This document shows, piece after piece, positions 1-13,504 of a stretch of DNA of 64,000 nucleotides. The stretch's first letter is position 1. Each line of letters begins with the position of its first letter. This DNA comes from Mytilus edulis (Eukaryota). The stretch lies in assembly GCF_963676685.1 (NCBI RefSeq), contig NC_092356.1:5952001-6016000 (forward strand), given 5' to 3'. The notes beneath the pieces were generated by a model. It was given only the letters and a program-made list of their open reading frames with translations, searched no databases and was not told the DNA's origin. The translations under genes were made by a program, and so were the position numbers.

Positions 1-3000
1 TGGACAAAATATTTGAACGTGGTCATGCTGAAAAAGCACCAAGTCTATTACCGAATGATAAGCGATGGTATTTGCCCATGGTCGGGGTATACCATCCTCG
101 AAAGCCAGAATCTATCAGAGTTGTTTTTGATTCGTCCGCTCAATTTGGAGGTGTAGCCCTCAATGATGTGTTAATGTCGGGTCCAGACTTGTCGAATAGT
201 CTTCAAGGAGTTCTGCTTAGGTTTCGTCGTGAACGCGTTGCAGTAACCGCTGATGTGGAACAAATGTTTCATGACTTCCGTGTTAAGACCGATCATCGCA
301 ACTATCTTCGTTTCTTATGGCACCCAAATAGTGATTTAAGTAAACCTCTGGAGGAGTTTAGAATGACAGTTCATGTATTTGGAAAACAGCCCTTCACCAG
401 CTGTTGCCACATATGGTTTGCGTAGATCTGTCCAAACCGCATCTCTAGACGTTCAGAAATTTGTATCTAAGAACTTCTACGTCGATGATGGACTAATAAG
501 TTGTTCAAGTGTGTGCGAAATCGTTGATTTAGTAAAGAATACACAAAGTGAATTGATGAAAGGCGGCAGATTAAGACTACACAAAATCGCGTCGAACTCA
601 ACAGAAGTACTTAAACAATTTGCTAAAGATGATCTTGCGAAAGATTTGAAAAACATTGACATTGACGAAGAAAATTTACCGTTGCAAAGAAGTCTAGGCA
701 TATCATGGGACATTAATTAGATGCCTTTGTATTTAGTGTCGATATAGAACCGAAGCCATTCACGCGCCGTGGGGTGATCTCTACTATCAACAGCTTATTC
801 GACACCATTGGTTTTACCGCACCAGTAACTCTAGAAGGAAAGTTATTGCTACACGAGATTATGTCATGCTCTTCATCTACCGACCGGGATGATCCGCTAG
901 AGGAAGATTTTCATAAACGCTGGAAATTATAGGTTGACTCGTTGAAGAACCTTTGTGATTTGCGTATTCCAAGAATGTATTGTATTTATTCAGTTGAGAA
1001 TGCAAGTACAAATGTAGGTTAGAAGCTCATGTTTTTTGTGATGCATCGAAGGAAGCTGTAGCCGCCGTTGCGTACTTAAAGGTGTTCTCAGGAGAAACTA
1101 GTGATATAGGATTCCTTATTGGAAAAACGAAGGTTGCTCCGAAGCACGGACATACTACACCCCGTCTTGAACTATGTGCTGCTGTGCTTGGAATAGACAT
1201 AGCAGAGATTATTAAAGATCAATTAGGCATAGACAATGAAGACTTTCATTTCTATACTGACAGCCAAATAGTACTTGGCTATATTTCAAACGATGAAAAA
1301 AGATTTTTTGTGTATGTCGCAAACCGTGTAGGCCGAATCAGAGCTTTTAGTATGCCCAAACAATGGAATCATATCCCGACTAAAGAAAATCCAGCTGATC
1401 TTGCGACACGCCCGTTCTCTGCTAGTGATTTACCATCAAGCAAATGGATAAGAGGACCGAGTTGCCTAACAACGAATTTAAAAACTACCGATGATCTGAA
1501 TTTCCCGTTAGTGGATCCCGATATTGATAAGGAAGTAAGGACTGTTATTTCAACGGCTAAATCAACTCTACATGTATCTACATCTTGTCTGTTATAAACA
1601 GTATTGATAAATTTTCTAAGTGGTCAAAATTAGCTTGTTTGGTTCGACTTATGAAAGGTTGCATGCGTAGAAAAAGTGGCGACAAATCAGCTGTTACAAC
1701 AGAGGAAGCTGAACTTGTGGCTTTAAAACATGTGCAAAACGAATGTTTTCACACGGAACTTGAAGCAATAGGATGTGGTCAGAATTTACCGAAGAATAGT
1801 TCGTTAATATCACTCAACCCAATCTTAGATAATAATGGTGTCTTGCGAGTTGGAGGTCGTATCAGACGTATGCTTACTAAGGACGATAATACTGCAGACT
1901 TGTCACATGTGTCACTAGACAAACATCCGTATATTATACCGAGAAACCACCATGTCGCAATTCTTCTCATAAGACATTATCATGCGAAGGTTCAACATCA
2001 GGGCAGGACAATGACCGAAGGCGCAATACGTTCTGCTGGTTTATGGATATTAGGCGTTAAGCGAAATGTCAATAGTGTCATCCATAATTGTGTACTTTGC
2101 AGGAAATTACGTGGCAAGTTAGGTTGGACTCAAATGGCAGACCTGCCAGCTGACAGGTTACAAGTTGATGCACCGTTCACTTATGTAGGTTTAGATGTTT
2201 TCGGTCCATGGCAAGTTATTGTCCGTCGAACACGCGCAGCAAGTTCTTCAAACAAACGTTGGGGTCTATTATTGACATGCTTAGTATCTCGTGCAATACA
2301 TAAAAAGTAAAAACACAAAAATACTGAACTCCGAGGAAAATTCAAAAAGGAAAATCAAAAATCAAAAGGCATGTGGAACTTATTGAGGAATTAAGTAGTG
2401 CCTCTTTTCATGCTTTTATTAACGCTTTGCGAAGATTTATTGCTTTGCGTGGACCAATTCAGGAATTGAGGTCAGACCGTGGTACTAATTTCATAGGTGC
2501 TGCGAAGGAGCTTAATATTGTATCAGAATTCGTTGGACACTCCGATGAAGCAGTTTTTATCAGACAATGAAATAGTTAGGATTTTCAACCCCCCTCATGC
2601 ATCACATTTTGGTGGTGTGTGGGAGCGCATGATAGGCTCATGTAGACGTATTCTAGATTCATTGTTATTGCAAAATAAGTTCAAGGATTTAACACATGAA
2701 GTACTTTCAACATTAATGTGCGAAGTCAGTGCCATGGTCAATTCGAGGCCATTGGTTCCAGTTTCTAGTGATCCTGAAAACCCGTCAGTTCTTTCGCCAT
2801 CTCTTCTAACTCAGAAGCCTGCGTCGTCAAGTGGATCTCTTGGACAAGTCGAATTCGAAACAAAGGATGCGATGCGAAGCCAGTGGAAACTTGTTCAGTA
2901 TCTAGCCGATCAATTCTGGTCTCGTTGGCAAACAGAGTACATCGATAGCCTTCAGGCTCGTCCGAAATGGAAATCTGGAGGTGATAATTTCCTTGAAGGT

Positions 3001-3186
3001 GATGTCATTCTCATGCGGAAGACCGAACTTCCTAGAAGTCAATGGCCACTCGGTGTTATTGACACAGTATTTGAAAGTGATGATTCTAAAGTTAGAAAGG
3101 TCCAAGTGTCTATAGTCGTTGATGGACAAAGGAAGTCGTATGTGAGACCAATAAGCGAATTGGTTCGATTGATTGAAGCATCTTAA
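1..3186 (+). mobile_element. BEL/Pao LTR retrotransposon pol (RT, RNase H, integrase, C-terminal DUF5641-like); decayed and cut by the window start
   Basis: Motifs RVVFD, ADVEQMF, NFYVDD (RT); KTKVAP..TPRLEL, FYTDSQIVL, NPAD (Pao RNase H); H..H..C..C, GLDVFGP, SDRGTNF, GGVWERMI (integrase). The domain order RT-RH-IN is split across several frames by frameshifts and stops. Confidence 0.95.
2302..2372. mobile_element. Short insertion (68 bp plus a duplicated CAT) of a dispersed repeat end into the BEL integrase
   Basis: Removing it restores ...SRAI-H-VELIEE; CAT lies on both sides. A related sequence is present in reverse orientation at ~20545-20630. Confidence 0.8.
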
Positions 3187-3445
3187 AACTCTTCAGTTCG
3201 ACAATTGCAAGTTGTTTATATCATAGATACATTGTGAGATTTATGAGAAATTTAGTATGATCTTTATGTTCATTCATTGTCATTTTTTGAATGTATGTGT
3301 ATTGTGAGTAACAATGTATCACACATCTTTTCTCTAGTTATTCAAGTTTAACATGCTATAGAAGTAATAATTTTTTAGCATGTGATTAAAGATAAATGAG
3401 TTAATTTTTTATAGCGATTTTCAGTTAGAAATATCAGAAGGAGAG

Positions 3446-3998
3446 TGTAATGTTACCGGAACGGATTTCCGATTTGTTTCCTTTATTAGTATTTTTGTAA
3501 TATCAGACACATTTCCTGTCAAATTTGTTCTGCTTTCAACACTTATATTTGCTGGTTATAAGCGCCATAGAGTAAGTTCTTTACATTTATTTATCTTAAA
3601 ACTATTGTTAGATAAAGTTTACATAAGTATTTTTACTGATTATAAAGTATACGCTTTGAATTATTTCACACACAAATCACGTTGTTCAAATCACTGTATG
3701 AAAAGTGCGAATCGTCAAATGAGTTGATCACATGGGTCTTGTCAGATTTTTTAATTTTCACTGTATGGAACGTGTGAATCGTAATAAAGTTTTTTTACTA
3801 GTATAAAGTCGGCGTTATTCATCCAATATTTTTATGTTTGATATTGATTGTTTGTTATAAATGACTTATGATTGATACATGTATGTTTGCTTGTCATTTA
3901 CATATTTTCTTCTTTGTAGTCTTTTACCCTCAGTAGAAGGAGGAATAAACATATCCAAATTTATAGTGTTCTTTGATTTTGGGTCATGTAACATCACA
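3446..3998 (+). repeat. 3' LTR of the BEL/Pao element (~553 bp)
   Basis: Polypurine tract AGAAGGAGAG (3436-3445) immediately precedes TGTAATGTTAC. The end GTAACATCACA is a 10/11 inverted repeat of that start (TG..CA). AATAAA lies near 3945. Confidence 0.85.
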
Positions 3999-4100
3999 CA
4001 CAGTTAACGACAAACAATATGACAGACACGAACCAACAACAACCACTGAACTACAGCTCATAAATTAAGACAGGCACATAAAGTATTTGGCGGGGTTCAG
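3999..4100 (-). repeat. SINE-like dispersed repeat fragment into which the LTR element appears inserted
   Basis: aaccactgaactacagctc..gacaggcacata..ggcggggtt matches the repeat at ~40720-40790 and ~59840-59885. Confidence 0.6.
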
Positions 4101-4379
4101 CTTTTAAGAGCATTCAACTTTTCCCAATATTGGTGCGGTGGTGTAACAGCACAACATGCTCGAACAATCTTCAAGAATTAGTTGCAATTGGATTAACTCG
4201 AAAGATTGATATGAGGCAGAAAAACAATTAACATAAAACAATAGAATCAAGTCATCGAAATAATAGTACTCACAGTTACTGAAAGATAGATACAAGCCAA
4301 TTGAAGCTTTTAAATAAATAGTGTCCACCCAAAATAAAGACAAAAAATATTTTCGAAACAATTGCAAATACAAAGTTTC

Positions 4380-4849
4380 AGGAGAAATGCGTTCATATAA
4401 ACTATATTTCTGAAATTTGCAGCTATTTTAAAAATATAATTTTACAATTATATTTTAAAAGGAAGTTTGCTGCTCAGATTCAAAATATTAGCTATCCATA
4501 GCATTAGTATATGTTGATAGGAGATTAATTGAGGTATCAAAAAAGCAAAACAAATATAGGGGTCGATGTGTTTGTTTTCGAGATATAAGTCATTGGAATT
4601 TAGGCGGGTTAAATGTTCTCTCTTGATTTTTCTTAGCTCGATAATTGACCCATTAAAGTTCTCAAAAACTATTAAAAAATAAATAAGATTTTATAAGACT
4701 TTTACAAATGGCTTAAAATTATACATGTAAAAGATTTATATAAAGAACGATGGGGGATCATGTGCAAATTTGTTTAATGCATCCAATGGATAAAACCAGA
4801 GGATTTCGAAAATCTGAAAAAAAATCCAGAACATGACAAGCGAACATCC
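4380..4849. mobile_element. One end of a Kolobok-like non-autonomous DNA transposon
   Basis: Ends ...GAACATCC followed by TTAA, the same GGATGT-type terminus as the element at 16844-17553. The other end was not found and the left boundary is approximate. Confidence 0.4.
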
Positions 4850-5394
4850 TTAAGTCGATTTTTAGAATTTGATTAATTGTATATCTCTAATTCTATAGGA
4901 ATTTACCCCTTTTCCAACAAATTGTGTAAAAATAATTTTGAAAATAATTTTAAAATAAATGAAAGAGTACATAATTAGCCTATTCATTTTTCTAGAATAA
5001 GAACGAAACTTCAACCGAGTTTCAAAGCAGATTGTGTTTAAACTTTCCGACAAAGCATTGATGGATGTGCCACATTACATTCATTTAGTAAGTGTACTGT
5101 CGATTTGATTATTATGCCACATTTCAGTTTATTTGTGTCTTAAAGGTACAGTGTCACTGATGAGTGTGTTACGTATATTTTATTTGTGTCGTTATAGTAC
5201 TGTGTTGGCCGGATTTGTCACGTATTTTATGTTGTTTAAGTATTGTCGTGTTAGTATTTATGTTACATTGTTTTATTCGTGTTATATGGGTTGTTTTTCA
5301 TTGAGAAATATGCCATGTTTTGTTTTAATTGTGTTCTGTGAGTACTGTATCATCGACGGACATGCTAAATTGTTTTATTTGTCTTGACAGATCG

Positions 5395-8300
5395 AGCTCA
5401 TTGACGTATGTGCATCACCGTTAGTCATTGACGTATATGCATCACCGTTAGTCAATTGACGTATTTTCATCGCCGTTAGTTATGGACGTATATGCGTCAC
5501 CGTTAGTCATTGACTTATATGCATCACCGTTAGTCATTGACGTATATGCATCACCGTCAGTCATTGAGGTATATGCACCAGCGTTAGTCATTGACGTATA
5601 TCAATCGCCGTTGGTCAATGTCGTTTATGCATCACCGTAAGTCAATGTATTATATAAATCGCCGTTAGTCATTGACGTTTATGCATCACCGTTAGTCATT
5701 GACGTATGTGAATCATCGCTAGTCATGGACATATATGCATCGTCGTTAGTCATTGATGTATATGTATCGCCGTTAGTCATTGACGTATATGCATCACCGT
5801 ACGCCATTGACGTATATGGATCACCGTACGTCATTGGCGTATATGCATCACCGTTAGTCATTGACGTATATGCATCGCCGTTTGTCATTGACGTGTATTC
5901 ATCGCCGTTAGTCATTGACGTATATGCATCACCGTTAGTCAATGTCGTATATGCATCTCTGTAAGCCAATGTCGTATATGCATCGCCGTTAGTCATTGAC
6001 GTAAATTTACCCCCGTAAGTCATTGACGTATATGCATCACCGTTAGTAATTGAGGTATATTCATCGCCGTTAGTCATTGACGTTTATTCATGGCCGTTAG
6101 TTATTGACGTATGTGCATCACCGTTAGTTATTGACGTATAAGCACCACCGTTAGTCATCGACATATATGCATCGCCGTTAGTCAATGTCGTTTATGCATC
6201 ACCGTAAGTCAATGTAGTATATGAATCGCCGTTAGTCATTGACGTATATGCATCACCGTTAGTCATTGACGTATATGCATCGCCGTTAGACATTGATGTA
6301 TATGTATCGCTGTTAATCATTGACGTATATGCATCACCGGTAATCATGGATGTATATGCATCACCGTTTGTCAATGTCTAATATGCATCACTGTAAGTCA
6401 AAGTGGTATATGCATCGCCGTTAGTCATTGACGTAAATTCATCTCCGTAAGTCATTGACGTATATGCATCGCCGTTAGTAATTGAGGTATATTCATCGCC
6501 AATAGTCATTGACGTTTATTCATCGCCATTAGTTATTGACGTATGTGCATCATCGTTTGTTTTTGACGTATATGCATCACCGTTAGTAATCGACGTATAT
6601 GCATCGCTGTTAGTCAATGTCGTGTATGCATCACCGTAAGTCAATGTAGTATATGAATCGCCGTTAGTCATTAACGTATATGCATCACCGTTAGTCATTG
6701 CCGTATGTGAATCGCCGCTAGTCATTGACATATCTGCACCGCCGTTAGTCATTGATGTATATGTATCGCCGTTAGTCATTGACGTATATGCATCACCGTT
6801 AGTCATTGACGTGTATAGATCACCGTAAGTCATTGACGTATATGCATCACCGTTAGTCATTGACGTATATGGATCACCGTAAGTCATTGATGTATATGCA
6901 TTACCGTTAGTCATCGACGTATATGCATCACCGTTAGTCATTGACGTATATTCATCACCGTTAGTCATTGACGTATGTGTATCACCGTTAGTCAATGTCG
7001 TATAAGTAACACTGTAGGTCAATGTCGTATATACATCGCGGTTAGTCATTGATGTATATGCATCACCGTTAGTCATTGACGTATGTGAATCATCGCTAGT
7101 CATGGACATATATGCATCGTCGTTAGTCATTGATGTATATGTATCGCCGTTAGTCATTGACGTATATGCATCACCGTACGCCATTGACGTATATGGATCA
7201 CCGTACGTCATTAGCGTATATGCATCACCGTTAGTCATTGACGTATATGCATCGCCGTTTGTCATTGACGTGTATTCATCGCCGTTAGTCATTGACGTAT
7301 ATGCATCACCGTTAGTCAATGTCGTATATGCATCTCTGTAAGCCAATGTCGTATATGCATCGCCGTTAGTCATTGACGTAAATTTACTCCCGTAAGTCAT
7401 TGACGTATATGCATCGCCGTTAGTAATTGAGGTATATTCATCGCCGTTAGTCATTGACGTTTATTCATGGCCGTTAGTTATTGACGTATGTGCATCACCG
7501 TTAGTTATTGACGTATAAGCACCACCGTTAGTCATCGACGTATATGCATCGCCGTTAGTCAATGTCGTTTATGCATCACCGTAAGTCAATGTAGTATATG
7601 AATCGCCGTTAGTCATTGACGTATATGCATCACCGTTAGTCATTGACGTATGTGAATCGCCGCTAGTCATTGACATATTTGCATCGCCGTTAGTCATCGA
7701 CGTATATGCATCGCCGTTAGTCATTGACGTATATGCATCACCGTTAGTCATTGACGTTTACGGATCACTGCAAGTCATTGACGTATATGCATCACCGTGA
7801 GTCATTGACGTTTGTGGATCACCGTTAGTCATTGATGTATATGCATCACCGTTAGTCATTGACGTATATGCATCGCCGTTAGACATTGATGTATATGTAT
7901 CGCTGTTAATCATTGACGTATATGCATCACCGGTAATCATGGATGTATATGCATCACCGTTTGTCAATGTCTAATATGCATCACTGTAAGTCAAAGTGGT
8001 ATATGCATCGCCGTTAGTCATTGACGTAAATTCATCTCCGTAAGTCATTGACATATCTGCACCGCCGTTAGTCATTGATGTATATGTATCGCCGTTAGTC
8101 ATTGACGTATATGCATCACCGTTAGTCATTGACGTGTATGGATCACCGTAAGTCATTGACGTATATGCATCACCGTTAGTCATTGACGTATATGGATCAC
8201 CGTAAGTCATTGATGTATATGCATTACCGTTAGTCATCGACGTATATGCATCACCGTTAGTCATTGACGTATATTCATCACCGTTAGTGATTGACGTATG

Positions 8301-8612
8301 TGTATCACCGTTAGTCAATGTCGTATAAGTAACACTGTAGGTCAATGTCGTATATACATCGCGGTTAGTCATTGAAGTATATGCATCACCGTTAGTCATG
8401 CAAGTTATTGACGTATATGCATCGTCGTTAGTCATTGACGTAAATTCATCCCCGTAAGTCCTCGACGTATATGCATCGCCGTTAGTCATTGAGGTATATT
8501 CATCGCCGTTAGTCATTGACGTTTATTAATCGCCGTTAGTCATTGACGTATATGCATCACCGTGAGTTATTGACGTATATTCATCGCCGTTAGTCATTAA
8601 AGTATATACATC
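5395..8612. repeat. 27-bp minisatellite (~119 units, consensus GTCATTGACGTATATGCATCACCGTTA) with higher-order block duplications
   Basis: Direct periodicity. Variant blocks recur at offsets 1377 (51 units), 1593 (59) and 1323 (49). Confidence 0.97.
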
Positions 8613-9505
8613 ATGGAAACCAATTGTGCCCCTCTTCTTGCCGACTTTTTGCTTTAATATGAGGCTGACTTTATACAGGATCTTCTTAGGAAGAAAGATA
8701 AGAAGTTAGCAATATCCTTTAACTTTACGTTCCGCTGATGATGTTCTTTCACTAAATAATACAAAAATCGGTGACTATGTTTGACGAATCTATCCCATCG
8801 AACTTGAGATAAAGGATAGCGGAGTACTACATATACAGATAAGGCTGCCTCATATCTGGACTTGCATCTAGAAATTGAAAATGAGGGCTGGTTGAAAACA
8901 AAATGTTACGATAAAAGAGATGGTTTCAGCTTCCCAATTGTAAATATTCCATTATTATGTAGTAACATTTTAGCAGCGCCTGCATACGGATATTGATACG
9001 ATATACGCAAGCTTGCATCTCCTATCATGATTTTCTTGATAGAGGATTATTGCTCAAAAGGGATATATTAAACCAAGAATTCCAAATGTTGAAGTTGAAG
9101 TCATCCCTTTGTAAATTTTACGGACGCCATCACGAGTTGGTTGACCGTTATGGTATAACCGTTTTACAGATGGTATCAAATATGTTCTGTATGTCGTTAC
9201 TACAATACATTTCCAAAATTTTCACGAATGTGACCTACCAAATTAGACTATTTACCGGATGTGTAAAAACATAAGCAACACGACGGGTTCCACATGTAGA
9301 ACAGGATATGCTTATCCTTCCGAAACACCTGAAATCACCCTCCAGTTACTGGTGGGGTTCGTGTTGCTTTGTCTTTAGTTTTCTAGGTTGTCTTCTGTAC
9401 AATTATTTGTCTGTCTTTTTATTTTTTATTCATGGCATTGTCAGTTTATTTTCAATATATGAGTTTGACTGTCCCTCTGGTATATTTAACCCCTCTTCGT
9501 GTAAT
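8612..9505 (+). mobile_element. Penelope-like (Naiad-type) RT C-terminal half plus 3' UTR; decayed
   Basis: METNCAPLLAD, DDVLSLNN, YDKRD.FSFPIVN, IRY..ACISYHDFLDRGLLL, KFYGRHHELVDRYGITV. Shares the 3' end gactgtccctctggtat with the other copies. Confidence 0.85.
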
Positions 9506-10014
9506 TGACTCGCTTGTTTGCTTTCTCATTGACGAATTTGCCTAGTTAGCATCATGCGCTCTGCAACCTTTGCAACATTTCAATCCTTTAAAGGTTGGTC
9601 CATGTAGGTGGCCTGTTGCTAGTCAAAATTATGTCCTAATCCGCTTTTACTCTTTTTTAAAGACAGTCAGAATACTACGACTGCTTCTATTTTAGGACCT
9701 ACCTATTGTCTATACTGTTAATTTGTTAAAATTCTGAAAATGGAATATTGTGCCACTTGTCCTTAAGCAACAAACAATCAATTGTTGTCGTAATTGCCAC
9801 ATTGTTTTGTTTTGTGAGTGTCAAGGAGTTACATGAAAAATTTGTTTTATTATTTCTTTCGTTAGAGTACTCTGTCACATGATTTATATTATACATCCTA
9901 TTCTAGGATGTGTCTCGTAAACCTTTTTCACATTTAAAAAAAAAATAAAAAAATGGAGTTGTTTAAAATAACATTAAGTACTTGTGTCGTCAATGTTGTA
10001 TTTCATTTGTCTTT

Positions 10015-11405
10015 TCATTATCATCGTCGTAAGGGTATATATAGTCATTGACGTATATAACACATCCTTTTAAAATGTATTATCTGCGTCGTAAGGGTAT
10101 AATCTCATTGACGTATATTCCACATCTTTTTATTATCTCAGTCGTAAGTGTATAGTCACCTTGACGTATATTCCACATATTTTTATTATCTGCGTCATAA
10201 GGGTATATTTTCAATGACGTGTATTCCATCTTTTTTATCATTTGCGTCATAAGAGTATAATATCATTGACGTATATCCCACGTCTTTTCAATATGTGCGA
10301 CGTAAGGATATAGTCTCATTGACGTATACTCCACATCTTTTTACTATATGCGACGTACGGGTATCGTCTCATTGACGTATATTCAACATCTTGTTATTAT
10401 CTACGTCGTAAGGGTATAGTTTCATTGACGTATATTCCACATCTTTTTATTATCTGCGTCATAAGGGTATAGTCTTATTGACGTAAGGGTATAGTTTCAT
10501 TGACGTATATTTAACCCCTTTTTATTATCTGCGTCGTAAGGGTAAAGTCTCACAGACGTACATTCCATTTTTTTTTTATTATCTGCGTCATAAGATCTAG
10601 AGATATAGTGTAATTGACGTATCCATATCTTTTTATTATCTGCGTCGTATAAGGTATAGTATAATTGACGTATATTCCTCATCTTTTTATTATCTGCGTC
10701 GTAAGGGTATAGTCTCATTGACGAATTCATATCAATTTGTATCTTAGTCATACGGGTAACGTCTCATTGACGTATATTCCACATCTTTTTTATAACCTGC
10801 GTCGTAAGGATATAGTCTCATTGATGTATACTCTAACTCTTCTTTTTTTTATCTGCGTCGTAAGGGTTAAGTCTTATTGACGTACATTCGAAATCTTTTT
10901 ATTATCTTCGTTGATAGGGTATAGTCTCATTGATGTATATTCCAAATCTTTTTATTATCTGTGTCGTAAGAGTAAAGTCTCATTGGCGTATATTCCACAT
11001 TTTTTTTATTATCTGCGCCGTAAGGGTAAAGTCTCATTGACGTATATTCAACATCTTTTTATTATCTTCGTTGCAGGGATATGGTTATCGTAATCTGTAA
11101 TCGTAATCGATTGTAATTGATTACATTTTTTCCAGTAATCGACCATAATCTGTAATCGAAGACACAGTCACATTGACGTATATTCCACATCGTGTTATCA
11201 TCTGCTTCGTAAAGGTAAAGTCTCATCGACGTATATGCCACATCTTTTTATTATCTCAGTCGTAAGTGGATAGTCACATTGACGTATATTCCACATCGTG
11301 TTATCATCTGCGTCGTAAAGTTAAAGTCTCATTGACGTATATGCCACATCTTTATAATATCTGCGACATAAGGGTATAGTCGCATTGACGTATATTCCAC
11401 ATTTA
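10015..11405. repeat. ~53-bp tandem array (TTATTATCTGCGTCGTAAGGGTATAGTCTCATTGACGTATATTCCACATCTTT)
   Basis: ATTGACGTA recurs about every 53 bp; the array is interrupted at ~11075-11160. Confidence 0.92.
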
Positions 11406-11516
11406 CTTTATCTGTTTAAGTTCTGAATACTAGGTGTATATGACAAACCTGTATTGTTTCTTTGTGTCGCTTCAACTTCGTACTTTATTTGGCCTTTTTA
11501 ACTTTTTTGGATTCGA

Positions 11517-11560
11517 GCGTCACTGATGAGTCTTTTGTAGACGAAACGTGCGTCTGGCGT
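11517..11560 (+). ncRNA. Minimal type I hammerhead ribozyme (PLE/retrozyme type)
   Basis: Stem I GCGUCA/UGGCGU; core CUGAUGA; stem II GUCU-UUUGU-AGAC; GAAA; short near-palindromic stem III AC-GUGC-GU; GUC cleavage triplet ending at 11554. Confidence 0.85.
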
Positions 11561-12512
11561 ATATACAAAATTTAGTTCTGGTATCTATGATGAGTTTATT
11601 GGTTACTGTCTCATTCACATATGTCACATCTTTTCTTATGATTTGTTTCCTTGAGCATGTTGAGGTACCGCATTATTGACGGATATTTCACAGGATTTGA
11701 TCATTTGATTTTTTTCGTTTGCGTATGGTGTTATTGACCACGTCGGCTTTCTTTCTTTGGTCGTAATTTTATTAAGGACGTACTTTCTTGTCTCCCAAAA
11801 CAAACAAGAGATAGGTTTTTTTGGGGCCGTGGGGGGGGGGGGGGGGGGGGAAGTGAGGGGGGAACTGCCGGATAATAATGATATATTACAATTTTAAAGT
11901 TGTTATATCGAGGTCAGACTAAGATTAAGGTCATACAGCTTGATATAATTATCATCTTACTGTCAAATATCAAAACCCTGACGTGTTAAAATCCAAACAT
12001 TCAAGAAACATACGCCACTTCAGAAATTTCAAGTTAATAACATGTACATTATAGAATAGTTGCGAGTTCGTAAACATGCACTGAAATATCAAATGGAAAT
12101 AAATAAAGAAAACACATCCTTGGCGTATGCAAAATTTCCCAGACATTGCATATATAGCTGTTGTATAAGCTTCAATCATTTTTAATACATACATGAACAA
12201 ATTTAGTTAAAAACTATATTGTATTGAACCTTTAAGAAAGTACTGTTGTAATTCTGTAATATAAATGATTATGTTGATTTTGTATTCGGTTGATAACATA
12301 CATGTACAAAACAATAAAAATCATTTACCTTCACACTGAATGCTATCAGCTGTAATGTTCCTGTATGTCCGTTAGTTTCTAAAGTGTAACTCATAAACCA
12401 ATTTCTTTTTTTAAATCCGGACATGATTTATATTTCATACAAAAGTTCAGAGACCCGCCATTTTGTACAAATAAAAAGGAAATAATGAGGTGCTACAATA
12501 TAAAATATGATA

Positions 12513-13421
12513 AAGAATAGAAAATAATGGACAAACAGTATAACGAATAGAAAATAATGGACAAACAGTATAACGAATAGAAAATAATGGACAAACAGTA
12601 TAACGAATAGAAAATGATGGACAAACAGTATAACAAATAGAAAATGATGGACAAACAGTATAACGAATAGAAAATAATGGACAAACAGTATAACGAATAG
12701 AAAATAATGGACAAACAGTATAACGAATAGACAATGATGGACAAACAGTATAACGAATAGAAAATAATGAACAAACAGTATAACGAATAGACAATGATGG
12801 ACAAACAGTATAACGAATAGAAAATAATGGACAAACAGTATAACGAATAGAAAATAATGGACAAACAGTTTAGCAAATAGAAAATAATGGACAAACAGTA
12901 TAACGAATAGACAATGATGGACAAACTGTATAACGAATAGAAAATAATGGACAAACAGTATAACGAATAGAAAATAATGGACAAACAGTATAACGAATAG
13001 AAAATAATGGACAAACAGTATAACGAATAGACAATGATGGACAAACTGTATAACGAATAGAAATAATTGACAAACAGTATAACGAATAGAAAATAATGGA
13101 CAAACAGTATAACGAATAGAAAATAATGGACAAACAGTATAACGAATAGACAATGATGGACAAACAGTATAACGAATAGAAAGTAATGGACAAACAGTAT
13201 AACGAATAGAAAATAATGGACAAACAGTATAGCAAATAGAACATAATGGACAAACAGTATAACGAATAGACAATGGTGGACAAACTGTATAACGAATAGA
13301 AATAATGGACAAACAGTATAACGAATAGAAAATAATGGACAAACAGTATAACGAATAGAAAATAATGAACAAACAATATAACGAATAGACAATGATGGAC
13401 AAACAGTATAACGAATAGAAA
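12513..13421. repeat. 30-bp tandem array (~30 units, AACAGTATAACGAATAGAAAATAATGGACA)
   Basis: Direct periodicity with high unit identity. Confidence 0.97.
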
Positions 13422-13504
13422 AATGAAGAGCCCCATCCAGACCCTCATACCAAACAAATGAAGGAAAAAAAGTATCAGTTCAAAAGACAAGCAACCCGAC
13501 GACA

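Noticed and set aside
5679-8516. (TSMTNGDAY)n ORFs as a repetitive structural or adhesive protein
   Set aside because: Interrupted by repeated TAA stops, with no signal peptide or unique flanking coding sequence; explained by the 27-bp satellite.
11823-11862. Poly-G tract with G-quadruplex potential
   Set aside because: A simple homopolymer of unreliable length with no functional context.
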